Origin: Gammaproteobacteria bacterium
GTDB taxonomy: Bacteria; Pseudomonadota; Gammaproteobacteria; Eutrophobiales; Eutrophobiaceae
DNA: 64,000 bases
Assembly (NCBI GenBank): GCA_965221335.1
Contig: CBDCSC010000001.1
Span: 288,519 to 352,518 of the forward strand
Direction of reading: 5' to 3'
Each line of letters opens with the position of its first letter. Position 1 is the first letter of the stretch. Below the pieces are notes generated by a model. That model was not told the origin of the DNA. It made no database searches and saw only the letters and a list, made by a program, of their open reading frames with translations. The position numbers were made by a program, and so were the translations under genes. This document shows positions 1 to 9,150 of this stretch, in pieces.

Positions 1-38
1 GCTCCCAGTATCAGAGCAATGGTCAGAGCCTTCTTCAT
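1..38 (-). CDS. 5' end of a minus-strand gene running off the window; N-terminus reads MKKALTIALILG... and looks like a signal peptide
   Basis: Reverse complement of nt 1-38 begins ATG AAG AAG GCT CTG ACC ATT GCT. Only 12 codons are visible. Confidence 0.2.
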   Translation of the reverse strand, partial: MKKALTIALILG

Positions 39-273
39 TCGGCTATCTTACTATCAATCCGCGCCTCTCACCAAGTTATGCTTTCGGTCGCAGGCACGCC
101 GTAGACGTAACATATCCTGCGCGAGCATCTCATTACCTGGAAAGACTTGCGGATTTATCTTTAGAACCCGTGAGGACTAAAGCAGAGGCTCTCTGTTTGT
201 ATTCGACATCGTCCGAAAGTATAATCAGACGCTTATCAAACTTGCTTTTTTCTAATCTTCTCTACAATTCTGC

Positions 274-1152
274 ATGCCCTACAAGCTCGTTTTACTGGAA
301 ACGGCCAGGAAACTCGCCGAACAACATGATTTTGACGGGCAGGCCCTCAGAGAAGCCATTCCCTACCTGGAGGCCTTCCAGGGCAGAAAATTCGTGCTCA
401 AGATCGGCGGTTCGATATTGCAGGACGAGCGGCTGATACCCTCCCTGGTCAGTGATGTTGCGTTTCTCAAGCGCCTGGACATCAGTGTCATCCTGGTGCA
501 TGGCGGCGCCCGGCAACTGGATCGGCGCATGCACGCGCTTGGCTTGCAGCCGAGCAAACTGGACGGATTGCGGGTCACTTCCCGTGAAGTCCTGGACCTC
601 GCGAACGACGTATTCCTGGAAATCAGCCGCGTGATTCGGGATGCGGTGGCCCACCGAGGATACCGGGGTGTTATCTTCGACCGCAGCAGCGGCCTGGTGC
701 GCTCCAGGCAAAAGGACGCCGGATTGGGTTACGTAGGCGAACCGGCCCGGGTGGATACGCCATTGCTGGAGCAATTGCCTGCCGAAGCCGTACCCATTGT
801 CAGCGCGATCACTTCGGGGATGGAGGACGGAGAACCCGGCTACAATGTCAATGCCGATGAAGTCGCCAGCGCCATCGCTGGGGAAATCCGGGCTGAGAAA
901 CTGATCTTGATGACCGACGAGGACGGCGTGCGGGACGCGGATGGTATGTTGCTGCCCACACTCACCCCGCAACAGGCCGGGGAACTGATCAAATCAGGCG
1001 TGATCCACGGCGGCATGATCCCCAAGGTCAAGGCCTGTCTCAGTCCCCTGCAGCGCGGCGTCAGCAAGTCCCACATCATCAGGGGAGACGCCGATTCCTT
1101 CATCAACGAAATCCTCACCGACGCCGGCGTAGGCACCGAATTCGTCAGTTAA
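274..1152 (+). CDS. argB: acetylglutamate kinase (amino-acid kinase family)
   Basis: 292 aa. Motifs KFVLKIGGSIL, VILVHGGARQLD and GLRVTSREVLD are typical of NAGK/ArgB. An antisense ORF of similar length is discounted. Confidence 0.75.
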   Translation: MPYKLVLLETARKLAEQHDFDGQALREAIPYLEAFQGRKFVLKIGGSILQDERLIPSLVSDVAFLKRLDISVILVHGGARQLDRRMHALGLQPSKLDGLRVTSREVLDLANDVFLEISRVIRDAVAHRGYRGVIFDRSSGLVRSRQKDAGLGYVGEPARVDTPLLEQLPAEAVPIVSAITSGMEDGEPGYNVNADEVASAIAGEIRAEKLILMTDEDGVRDADGMLLPTLTPQQAGELIKSGVIHGGMIPKVKACLSPLQRGVSKSHIIRGDADSFINEILTDAGVGTEFVS

Positions 1153-1340
1153 TCCTCTCCGGAGGATAGTCTGCATCTCTATGAAGCAACCAAGCCGGAA
1201 TCAGGCAGGTATTTCATAATTATGTGTTCCTGATAAAGTGCAAGGATTTGTTCCTTGAAATAGATTCTGAACTTCCATAGTATCTATGAGAAATAATATA
1301 CCGATTATGCCCTCAAAAACCGCCTGCCTGACTACTTGAC

Positions 1341-2144
1341 ATGATGAACGACGAACAGATCACAAAGGCCGCTGCGGCCATCCATGCAGCGGAGAAGGAA
1401 CGCAGGCAGGCGCGGGCCATCACCTTGGAGTACCCGGACATGAGTCTGGATGATGCCTACCGGATCCAGGCACAGTGGATGGCGTTGAAACAGGCTGAGG
1501 GCCGTGAGATCAGGGGATACAAGATCGGCCTCACGTCCCGCGCGATGCAGATGAGCATGCACATCGACGAGCCTGATTACGGCACCTTGCTTGATGACAT
1601 GTTCTATGACAACGGGGCTGAGATCGACGCGGCGGAATTTACCGATCCCAGGATTGAGGTGGAATTGGCGTTTGTACTCAAGCAGCGGCTGGAGGGCGAG
1701 GATGTGACCGTGGACGACGTGATGAAGGCGACCGATTACGTGGTGCCGGCGCTGGAACTCATCGCCGCGCGTACTTACCGGGTCGACCCGGATAGTGGAT
1801 ACGTGCGCAGGGTTCACGACACCATCTCCGACAACGCTGCCAGCGCCGGTGTTATCCTCGGGGAACAGCGTATTGAGCCGGAACGCGTGGACCTGCGCTG
1901 GTGCGGCGCGCTGCTCTACCGCAATGGCGTGGTGGAGGAGACCGGCCTGGCCGCAGGCGTGCTCGATCATCCCGCCAACGGCATAGTCTGGATCGCGAGA
2001 CGTTTCGCTCCCCACGGCATCGCATTGGAACCCGGCCAGGTGCTGCTGTCCGGCTCGTTCACCAGGCCCGTGGCCGCCCGCCCGGACGATGTATTCCGGG
2101 CCGATTACGGGAGCCAGGGCAGTATCGAATGCCGATTCAGATGA
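1341..2144 (+). CDS. hpaH: 2-oxo-hept-4-ene-1,7-dioate hydratase (homoprotocatechuate pathway)
   Basis: 267 aa. It aligns along its whole length with recalled E. coli HpaH/HpcG, for example RAITLEYPDMSLDDAYRIQAQW, GYKIGLTSRAMQ, PRIEVELAFVL, DTISDNAASAGVILG and GSFTRPV. It sits directly upstream of the other hpa genes. Confidence 0.85.
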   Translation: MMNDEQITKAAAAIHAAEKERRQARAITLEYPDMSLDDAYRIQAQWMALKQAEGREIRGYKIGLTSRAMQMSMHIDEPDYGTLLDDMFYDNGAEIDAAEFTDPRIEVELAFVLKQRLEGEDVTVDDVMKATDYVVPALELIAARTYRVDPDSGYVRRVHDTISDNAASAGVILGEQRIEPERVDLRWCGALLYRNGVVEETGLAAGVLDHPANGIVWIARRFAPHGIALEPGQVLLSGSFTRPVAARPDDVFRADYGSQGSIECRFR

Positions 2145-2218
2145 TTTTTTTTACTCACAAAATCAATGACATAAAGCCATTGATTTTGACGGCACATCCT
2201 TGTACCGTTGGAACCTCT

Positions 2219-2247
2219 GACTTAATCTCAGAGGCTCCCTATTAAAG
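2219..2247. repeat. Family-A intergenic palindromic element, copy 1 (GGAACCTCTGActtaatcTCAGAGGCTCC)
   Basis: A 29-bp imperfect palindrome 1 nt upstream of the hpaG1 start. Related copies are at 42013, 48255, 49083 and 60009. Confidence 0.6.
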
Positions 2248-3009
2248 ATGAAAACCATCAGGGTTAACCATGATGGCGTGTTACAGACAGCCAAGGTCGA
2301 TGAGCAGGCGCTTATCCACTTGGATGGCAATACTGTAGGGCTGGGAGAAACCCGCTTGCGGCCCGTTACCGATCAGCCGGTGATCTGTGTCGCGCTGAAT
2401 TACGCCGAACATTATCAGCAGTTGGTGGATACGTTGAGCCATCCACCCTACAAGGAACCGCCGCGCCAACCCGTGTTTTTCATCAAGCCCCGGAATACGC
2501 TAGCGGGACACCTGGACCAGGTTGCGTGCCCGGACGGGGTGGATCGGATCAGTACCGGGGCAGGCCTGGCGTTCGTGATTGGCCAAAAGGCCGGCAGGGT
2601 CACGCGGCGGCAGGGGTTTGACTGTGTCGGCGGCTACACCATCTACAATGACTTCAGCCTGGGCGAGGACAGCTATTTCAGGCCGCCGGTAACCACCAAG
2701 TGTCTGGACGGGTACGGCCCTGTCGGCCCTTACATCATGGACCCGGAGGAAATTGCGGACCCCCATGACCTTGCAATATCGACCTACGTAAACAGAGAAC
2801 TGAAACAAACGGCCTCGACCAAGGACCTGAGGCTCAGCATCCCCGCGATTATCGAGAGCTTGACGGAGTTCATGACACTGCCCCCGGGTGCGGTGGTCGT
2901 CACCGGCTTCCCACCGGGCCGGGTAGCCGTGCGGCCGGGCGACGAAGTCAGGGTGGAGATAGCGCAGCTCGGATCATTGGTAAACCATGTAGTAAGGAGC
3001 AAGGATTGA
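2248..3009 (+). CDS. hpaG1: FAH-family protein, HpaG N-terminal-half homologue (OPET decarboxylase / HHDD isomerase)
   Basis: 253 aa with fumarylacetoacetate-hydrolase family features (VICVALNYAEH, CVGGYTIYNDFSL). Its position in the hpa cluster supports the call. Confidence 0.7.
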   Translation: MKTIRVNHDGVLQTAKVDEQALIHLDGNTVGLGETRLRPVTDQPVICVALNYAEHYQQLVDTLSHPPYKEPPRQPVFFIKPRNTLAGHLDQVACPDGVDRISTGAGLAFVIGQKAGRVTRRQGFDCVGGYTIYNDFSLGEDSYFRPPVTTKCLDGYGPVGPYIMDPEEIADPHDLAISTYVNRELKQTASTKDLRLSIPAIIESLTEFMTLPPGAVVVTGFPPGRVAVRPGDEVRVEIAQLGSLVNHVVRSKD

Positions 3010-3028
3010 TGTATGGAATAATTATCAG

Positions 3029-3796
3029 ATGAAATCAGCACGAGTAAAAATCAACGATAAGGTGCAACAGGTCATCGTCAACGACGATTACAGCGTCGTC
3101 GATAAGGATGGCAATACCTGGCAGGAGCATGAAGTCACCTGGTTACCGCCGCCGCACGGTACCGTGCTCGCACTGGGCCTGAATTACGTGGACCACGCGG
3201 CGGAACTTGCGTTCAAGGCGCCCGAGGAGCCGCTGTTGTTCCTGAAGACGCCCAATACATTTACCGGCCACAGGCAGCGCAGCTACCGTCCGGACCATGT
3301 CGAGTACATGCATTACGAGGCGGAACTGGTCGCGGTAATAGGAAAGACGGCCCGCAAGGTAAAACAGGACGAAGCCATGGATTACGTCGGTGGTTATACC
3401 CTGTGCAACGATTACGCGGTGCGGGATTACCTGGAAAATTACTACCGGCCCAACCTGCGGGTGAAATGCCGGGATTCACTCTCCCCGCTGGGGCCGTATA
3501 TCATCGACCGGGATGATATAGACGACCCCCATGACCTGAAGCTCAGCGCCCGCGTCAACGGTGAACTGCGCCAGGAAGGGACGACACGGGACATGGTATT
3601 CAATATCCCGTTCCTGATCGAATATATCTCGGCGTTCATGACCCTGCAGCCGGGCGACATGATATCGACCGGAACGCCGAAAGGGCTCTCGGACGTACAA
3701 CCGGGGGATGAGGTCGTAATAGAAGTTGAACAAGTGGGCTGTTTGATCAATTATGTGATCAGTGAGCAGGACTATTTCGGGGGGCAGACCGTATAA
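3029..3796 (+). CDS. hpaG2: FAH-family protein, HpaG C-terminal-half homologue
   Basis: 255 aa and paralogous to the preceding ORF (GLNYVDHAAE, YVGGYTLCNDYAVRD, FMTLQPGDMISTGTP). E. coli HpaG is a single two-domain protein; here it is two genes. Confidence 0.7.
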   Translation: MKSARVKINDKVQQVIVNDDYSVVDKDGNTWQEHEVTWLPPPHGTVLALGLNYVDHAAELAFKAPEEPLLFLKTPNTFTGHRQRSYRPDHVEYMHYEAELVAVIGKTARKVKQDEAMDYVGGYTLCNDYAVRDYLENYYRPNLRVKCRDSLSPLGPYIIDRDDIDDPHDLKLSARVNGELRQEGTTRDMVFNIPFLIEYISAFMTLQPGDMISTGTPKGLSDVQPGDEVVIEVEQVGCLINYVISEQDYFGGQTV

Positions 3797-3808
3797 CTGG
3801 AAGAAGCA

Positions 3809-5332
3809 ATGACCGGACAACTCCAAGAGAATCTGAAAAAGGCCGAAGGCTATCTGCAACGTTTCAGGGATAACGTCACTGCGCATCATATCAACGGGGA
3901 GAGTCATCCCGGCGTTTCCGACGACACCTTTGACAACCTGACGCCGACTGACAATACTTCGCTGGGCCTTGTTGCCGCAGGTTCAGCACAGGATATCGAC
4001 CGCGCCTGCCGGGCCGCACAGGAGGCCTTTCCCGCCTGGTCAGCCAGCCCCGGGAAGGAACGCAAGCAAATCCTCCACCGTTTTGCTGACCTGGTCGAGC
4101 AAATGGCCGAAGAAATCGCGCTGGTCGAGAGTATGGACTGTGGCCAACCGATCCGCTTCATGCGCGCGGCCGCGGCGCGCGGCGCCGAGAACTTCCGTTT
4201 CTTTGCTGATAAGGCCCCGGAGGCCGGCAACGGCTTGTCATTGCATCAGCAGCAGCACCTGAACTATACGAAACGCACGGCCATCGGCCCGGTAGGTGTG
4301 ATCACGCCCTGGAACACGCCGTTCATGCTGTCTACCTGGAAGATTGCGCCGGCCCTGGCAGCCGGTTGCACGGTGGTGCACAAACCGGCGGAATTCAGTC
4401 CCCTGTCGGCCATGCTGCTGGCAGAGATAAGCAAGCAAGCGGGCCTGCCCGACGGTGTCTGGAACACCGTGAATGGCTTCGGAGAAAGCGCCGGCAAGGC
4501 ATTGACTGAGCATCCCGCGATCAAGGCCATCGGCTTCGTCGGCGAAACAGTGACCGGAACCCACATCATGCGCCAGGCATCTGCCACGCTGAAACGAATT
4601 CATGTGGAACTGGGCGGGAAGAACCCTGTTATCGTTTTTGATGATGCCGATTTCGAGCGCGCCCTGGACGCGGTCGTGTTTATGATCTACAGCCTGAACG
4701 GGCAACGCTGTACTTCGAGCAGCCGCCTGCTGGTACAGGACGGGATCGCCGGCAGGTTCCTCGACGCGCTGGAACAACGGGTCAATAACATCAGGGTGGG
4801 GCATCCGCTGGACCCCGCCACGGAACTGGGACCGCTGATCCATCCCAGCCACCTGGACAAGGTAATGGGTTACGTGGATGCGGCGCGGGATGAAAACGCG
4901 ATCATTGCCGCAGGAGGCATGCGGGTGACTGACCTGGGACCCGGCAATTACCTCAGACCCACCCTGTTCCGCAACGCCGCGAACAATATGAAGATTGCGC
5001 GCGAAGAGATCTTCGGGCCAGTGCTGACTGCGATCCGCTTTACCGATGAAGCGGAAGCCGTGACCCTGGCTAATGATACGTCCTATGGCCTGGCGGGATA
5101 CGTCTGGACCGGAGACTCCGGACGCGGCATCCGCATGGCAGAGGCGCTGGAAGCCGGCATGGTATGGGTCAACTCCGAGAACAACCGTAACCTGCCGTCG
5201 CCCTTCGGCGGCATGAAGCAGAGCGGCATAGGCCGCGACGGCGGCGACTACAGCTTCGAATTTTACATGGAAACCAAGAACATATGCATTGCTCACGGTA
5301 CGCATAAAGTGCCTGTGCTGGGAATGCGATGA
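3809..5332 (+). CDS. hpaE: NAD-dependent aldehyde dehydrogenase (5-carboxymethyl-2-hydroxymuconate semialdehyde dehydrogenase)
   Basis: 507 aa. ALDH motifs are present (ELGGKNP, catalytic Cys in GQRCTSSSR, EEIFGPV) and the gene lies in hpa operon context. Confidence 0.8.
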   Translation: MTGQLQENLKKAEGYLQRFRDNVTAHHINGESHPGVSDDTFDNLTPTDNTSLGLVAAGSAQDIDRACRAAQEAFPAWSASPGKERKQILHRFADLVEQMAEEIALVESMDCGQPIRFMRAAAARGAENFRFFADKAPEAGNGLSLHQQQHLNYTKRTAIGPVGVITPWNTPFMLSTWKIAPALAAGCTVVHKPAEFSPLSAMLLAEISKQAGLPDGVWNTVNGFGESAGKALTEHPAIKAIGFVGETVTGTHIMRQASATLKRIHVELGGKNPVIVFDDADFERALDAVVFMIYSLNGQRCTSSSRLLVQDGIAGRFLDALEQRVNNIRVGHPLDPATELGPLIHPSHLDKVMGYVDAARDENAIIAAGGMRVTDLGPGNYLRPTLFRNAANNMKIAREEIFGPVLTAIRFTDEAEAVTLANDTSYGLAGYVWTGDSGRGIRMAEALEAGMVWVNSENNRNLPSPFGGMKQSGIGRDGGDYSFEFYMETKNICIAHGTHKVPVLGMR

Positions 5333-5374
5333 AACAAGCCTGCTTTTGTGTTGATACATATCTGAGAGAAAAAA

Positions 5375-6223
5375 ATGGGTGAGATCGTCCTGGCCGCGAA
5401 GATAACGCATGTGCCATCCATGTACCTGTCGGAACTCCCCGGCCCCCACCAGGGTTGCCGCAAGGATGCCATCGAAGGCCACCGCGAACTCGGCCGCCGT
5501 GCCCGCGCCCGCGGCGCGGATACCGCGCTGGTGTTTGACGTGCACTGGCTGGTGAACAGCGGTTACCACATCAACAGCGGCAATCATTTCAAGGGCGTCT
5601 ACACCAGCCACGAACTCCCCCATTTCATCAAGGACATGTCCTATGAGTATGACGGCAATCCGGTCTTGGGTGACCTGGTTGCCGAATGCGCGAACGCCCG
5701 CGGGATAAACACCCGGTCGCACCATGTCGACAGCCTGACCCTTGAATACGGCACCCTGGTGCCAATGCGCTACATGAACCAGGATCGCCACTTCAAGGTG
5801 GTGTCGGTGGCGGCCTGGTGTGCCTGGCATGATTTGAATGATTCCCGAATCTTCGGCGAAGCGGTCAGGGAAGCCATAGAAAAAAGTGACAACAAGGTCA
5901 TGGTGCTGGCCAGTGGCTCACTGTCGCACCGTTTCAACGACAACTCCAATGCCGGCGATAAAATCTTCCAGATCAGCGATGAGTTTTACCAGCAGATGGA
6001 CCTGCGCGTGGTGGACTTGTGGAAGCGCGGCGATTTCAAGACCTTCACGGAGATGTTCCACGAATACGCCTACCGCTGCCACGGAGAGGGCTGGATGCAC
6101 GACACCGCGATGTTGCTGGGCATGCTGGGCTGGGACGCCTACGACCGGCCGGTGGAGATTATCAGTGATTATTTTCCCAGTTCCGGCACCGGCCAGATCA
6201 ACGCGGAATTTCCGGTGGGCTGA
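5375..6223 (+). CDS. hpaD: 3,4-dihydroxyphenylacetate 2,3-dioxygenase (class III extradiol, LigB family)
   Basis: 282 aa, very similar along its length to recalled E. coli HpaD (AAKITHVPSMYLSELPG, FDVHWLVNSGYHIN, LASGSLSHRF, YGEGWMHDTAMLLGMLGWD). Confidence 0.85.
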   Translation: MGEIVLAAKITHVPSMYLSELPGPHQGCRKDAIEGHRELGRRARARGADTALVFDVHWLVNSGYHINSGNHFKGVYTSHELPHFIKDMSYEYDGNPVLGDLVAECANARGINTRSHHVDSLTLEYGTLVPMRYMNQDRHFKVVSVAAWCAWHDLNDSRIFGEAVREAIEKSDNKVMVLASGSLSHRFNDNSNAGDKIFQISDEFYQQMDLRVVDLWKRGDFKTFTEMFHEYAYRCHGEGWMHDTAMLLGMLGWDAYDRPVEIISDYFPSSGTGQINAEFPVG

Positions 6224-6225
6224 CT

Positions 6226-6624
6226 ATGCCCCATTTCATCCTGGAGTATTCAGCCAATCTCGATGATGACCTGGACCTGGACGGCTTGTTCAAGGCCTTG
6301 CATGGCACCGCAATGGAGACCGGCGTGTTCGCCCTCGGCGGCGTGCGCTTTCGCGCCCACCGCTGCGAGCATTACCTCGTTGCCGACGGTGATCCGGACA
6401 ATGCTTTCGTGCACCTGACCGCGCGCATCGGCCGCCGGCGCGACCCGGATGTCCGGCGCGAGATCGGTGAGCAGCTATTCAACTCACTGGTGGAGCACCT
6501 TGATGGTCTCTACCGGCAGCGGCCGCTGGCAATCTCGTTCGAGGTGACCGAGCTCACCTTCGGGCTGAGTTTTCGAAAGAACAATATCCACGACAAGATA
6601 AAGCAGAAACAGGGCGCAGGCTGA
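6226..6624 (+). CDS. hpaF: 5-carboxymethyl-2-hydroxymuconate isomerase
   Basis: 132 aa. The N-terminus MPHFILEYSANL matches the CHMI family (MPHFIVECSDN in E. coli). It is separated from hpaD by 2 nt (stop codon 6221-6223, start 6226). Confidence 0.8.
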   Translation: MPHFILEYSANLDDDLDLDGLFKALHGTAMETGVFALGGVRFRAHRCEHYLVADGDPDNAFVHLTARIGRRRDPDVRREIGEQLFNSLVEHLDGLYRQRPLAISFEVTELTFGLSFRKNNIHDKIKQKQGAG

Positions 6625-6634
6625 ACAATCCAAT

Positions 6635-7369
6635 ATGTCCCTGTTTGAACCGTTCGCGATCCTGATCATCCTGGGTTCATTTTTTTCATCGTTTATCAGC
6701 GCAGCCTTTGCGGTGGGCGGTGGTTTCATCATGCTTGCCATTGTCTCCAGCGTGCTGCCGATCACCGCGGCAGTGCCGCTGCACAGTTGCATGATGCTGG
6801 GATTGTCTCTGGGCAGGTCCTGGTATTTCCGCAAAGACATATGCCAGCGCATCGTCTGGCCGTTCCTGCTTGGGGCCTTAATTGGCGTCGCTGTCGGGGG
6901 CAGGCTGTATTTTGACCTGTCGGAATTTTTGCTCAGCCTGGTCATCGGCCTGTTGATTCTTGGCGCGGTGTGGATGCCACAACAGGTAGGATGGGGCATG
7001 CGGTTTCCGGTGCCGTTTTTCTGGGTCGGCATCGCACACGCATTCGTGTCCACGCTGTTTTCGTTCGGCGGCCTGTTTCAGCCGCTGATGATGCGCGCGG
7101 CGTTGTCGAAATTGCAGATCGTCGGCACATTGGCGGCAGGGCTGACGTTCATGAACATACTCAAGATCTGCGCATACAGTTACTACGGCTTTGATTACAG
7201 TCCGTATTTCATGGTCGTCGTGGCCGCCATTCTGGCCGCCGTCCCTGGCGCGTACCTGGGAAAAAAGCTATTGCACCGGATCCCAGAAGACCGGTTCAGG
7301 CTCATATTCAGCCTCATCATGACCTGTTTTGCGCTGAGATTGCTCTACCGCGCATGGATTCTTGTTTAG
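6635..7369 (+). CDS. TSUP-family (TauE/SafE-like) membrane permease
   Basis: 244 aa, highly hydrophobic with multiple predicted TM helices and two internal repeats typical of 4-toluene sulfonate uptake permease proteins. It is the last gene of the hpa cluster. Confidence 0.55.
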   Translation: MSLFEPFAILIILGSFFSSFISAAFAVGGGFIMLAIVSSVLPITAAVPLHSCMMLGLSLGRSWYFRKDICQRIVWPFLLGALIGVAVGGRLYFDLSEFLLSLVIGLLILGAVWMPQQVGWGMRFPVPFFWVGIAHAFVSTLFSFGGLFQPLMMRAALSKLQIVGTLAAGLTFMNILKICAYSYYGFDYSPYFMVVVAAILAAVPGAYLGKKLLHRIPEDRFRLIFSLIMTCFALRLLYRAWILV

Positions 7370-7639
7370 TCCGCATGCCTCAACCCGGACATATTGTTTT
7401 CTAGGATTGTAACTCATTGTTTTATATTAGAATAATTGTTAAACTAGATTGAGCGTAAGCATATAGGAAGCGGATTCAAACAATGCTGTGCGCACTTGGA
7501 CGCGCTAACGGCTGGAAGCATACTCGAATTATTCGTGTGTAGTAGTAGCGTACCAAGTGAGAAAAACAGGTAGGAATGCTCAGCATCCGGACGCTTCGCC
7601 ACGTCAACGCCGATAACACACCTCAACGTATCCAACTTT

Positions 7640-8110
7640 AGGGCTTCACTCCAATTGACACTCCACTGCCTCAGTGCTCGTAGAGCGCGGTGAAGGCGTG
7701 CCGTTGAGGCCGAGTCTACGGGCACTGAGGCCACCTCGAACTGTGGCGCGATGCTACTCGCGGAGCCCGACCGCCGGGTTGATGCCTCATCCTGAGCCAA
7801 GGGGACCTCAACAACCACGGCCGGCTGCAGCTGGACCCCGCGCTGTAGGCGGCTGCAATGCGGGACGGGGTGGTGGCCAGCCCGTCGACGCTGTGCCGGT
7901 TGAAGAGCAAGTCCACGGTTGTGGAGGCGCTGGTGCTGCAGGGAGCTGTTCGATCGGTTCGTGAAGGTCCATACCGTGCCGCCGGTGCCCAGACAAAAGC
8001 ATGAGGGTTGGGAGCGGTGCGCCAGCAGACCGTGTCGGGTCACCGAACACGATAGGCGAGGAACCCAATACGGGGAGATTGACCCAGAGCAGTTAAACCG
8101 AATGTGAACT
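7640..8110 (+). pseudogene. degraded transposase-like remnant (IS4/IS5-type N-terminal region); no intact ORF
   Basis: The ~900-bp stretch between the TSUP gene and the CBASS genes has only short, mutually overlapping ORFs. One frame reads ...LQLDPAL*AAAMRDGVVASPSTLCRLKSKSTVVEALVLQGAVRSVREGP..., which resembles the (A/S)xPSTLxRF region near the N-terminus of IS4/IS5-group transposases and is broken by stop codons. The match is recalled from memory. Confidence 0.3.
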
Positions 8111-8283
8111 CTTCGCGAGACATCATGCACCTAGTTTCCGTAGGGCTTGAAATGAACGGGACAAGTCCCCATTTACTCAAGGAGTAATCAACAGACACGG
8201 GGTAGCTCTATGCTCAGAAAACGCGTGACCGAAAACGGCAAGCTGGAGGGCCCCATTTGGAAATAACCTAGATTAAAGCAGAG

Positions 8284-9150
8284 ATGGGAATCCCGGAGCA
8301 ACAACTTCAAACGTGGTCGCACTTGGGCGCGCAACAGAGCTCCCAGGCCACATATGCCTCGGTTAACAATGCCCTGCAGAACTACGACTGGCCAGTCGAG
8401 ATGGGCAAGCCTGAAGTTTACCTACAAGGCTCTTACCCGAACCACACCAACATCTACGGCGATAGCGACGTAGACGTCGTCGCTGAGACCTCAAGCGTTT
8501 TCTATCACAACGTGCCGGATGATCAGCGCAAACAATTCGGGTTGCCAGAACGCGGTACTGGAGCATATGGATGGCGAGAGTACAAGGATGAAGTGCTCGC
8601 TGCTCTATGTCAATACTACGGACACAACGTCGTCACCCCTCACAACAAGTGCATCAAGATTACTGGTGACAACAATCGCTTGAATGCTGATGTCGTTCCA
8701 TGCGTCCAGTATCGCAAGTACTACACATATAGATCCTTCGCAAAAGGCGTAACGTTCTGGACACGGGATGACAACAATCAAGTGGTCAATTTCCCCAAAA
8801 TCCACCTGTCGAAGGGCGCAGAGAAGAACTCAAGTTGCGACCAGCTCTACAAGCCCAACATCCGCGTCATAAAGAACGCTCGGAACCGTGCCAAGAACGA
8901 TTTCCCGTCTTACTTCCTCGAATGTCTGCTTTACAACGTGCCGAACCAGATATTTACTATCAGCTTCTCCGATACATTCTTCGAGGTGCTGACGTACCTA
9001 AACAACGCAAAAAATGACGGCTCAATGAGCGACTGGTACTGCCAGAATCGCCAGCAGAAGCTATTTGGGCATCGTAAACATCAGATCTCTATCGATGATG
9101 CTTACAAGCTGATTGCTGACCTGATCGACCTTTGGAACGATTGGGAATGA
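8284..9150 (+). CDS. cGAS/DncV-like nucleotidyltransferase (CD-NTase, SMODS) of a CBASS system
   Basis: 288 aa. It has the GS-x12-DxD nucleotidyltransferase motif (QGSYPNHTNIYGDSDVDVV) and a downstream hDhVP third-Asp motif (NADVVPCV). It overlaps the patatin effector gene by 19 nt. Confidence 0.7.
   Translation: MGIPEQQLQTWSHLGAQQSSQATYASVNNALQNYDWPVEMGKPEVYLQGSYPNHTNIYGDSDVDVVAETSSVFYHNVPDDQRKQFGLPERGTGAYGWREYKDEVLAALCQYYGHNVVTPHNKCIKITGDNNRLNADVVPCVQYRKYYTYRSFAKGVTFWTRDDNNQVVNFPKIHLSKGAEKNSSCDQLYKPNIRVIKNARNRAKNDFPSYFLECLLYNVPNQIFTISFSDTFFEVLTYLNNAKNDGSMSDWYCQNRQQKLFGHRKHQISIDDAYKLIADLIDLWNDWE

Noticed and set aside
292-972. 226-aa minus-strand ORF antisense to argB
   Set aside because: argB on the plus strand has clear family motifs. 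The antisense ORF has none.
4238-5830. 530-aa minus-strand ORF antisense to hpaE/hpaD
   Set aside because: It is a long antisense ORF in high-GC coding DNA with biased Arg/Ala/Gly content and no recognisable domains. Both sense genes have strong homology.
7444-8130. 228-aa minus-strand ORF and several 60-96-aa ORFs in the 7.4-8.3 kb gap
   Set aside because: The ORFs overlap each other on both strands, have Arg/Ser/Pro-rich low-information composition typical of GC-rich non-coding DNA, and match no family I recognise. The region is better explained as a degraded IS remnant.
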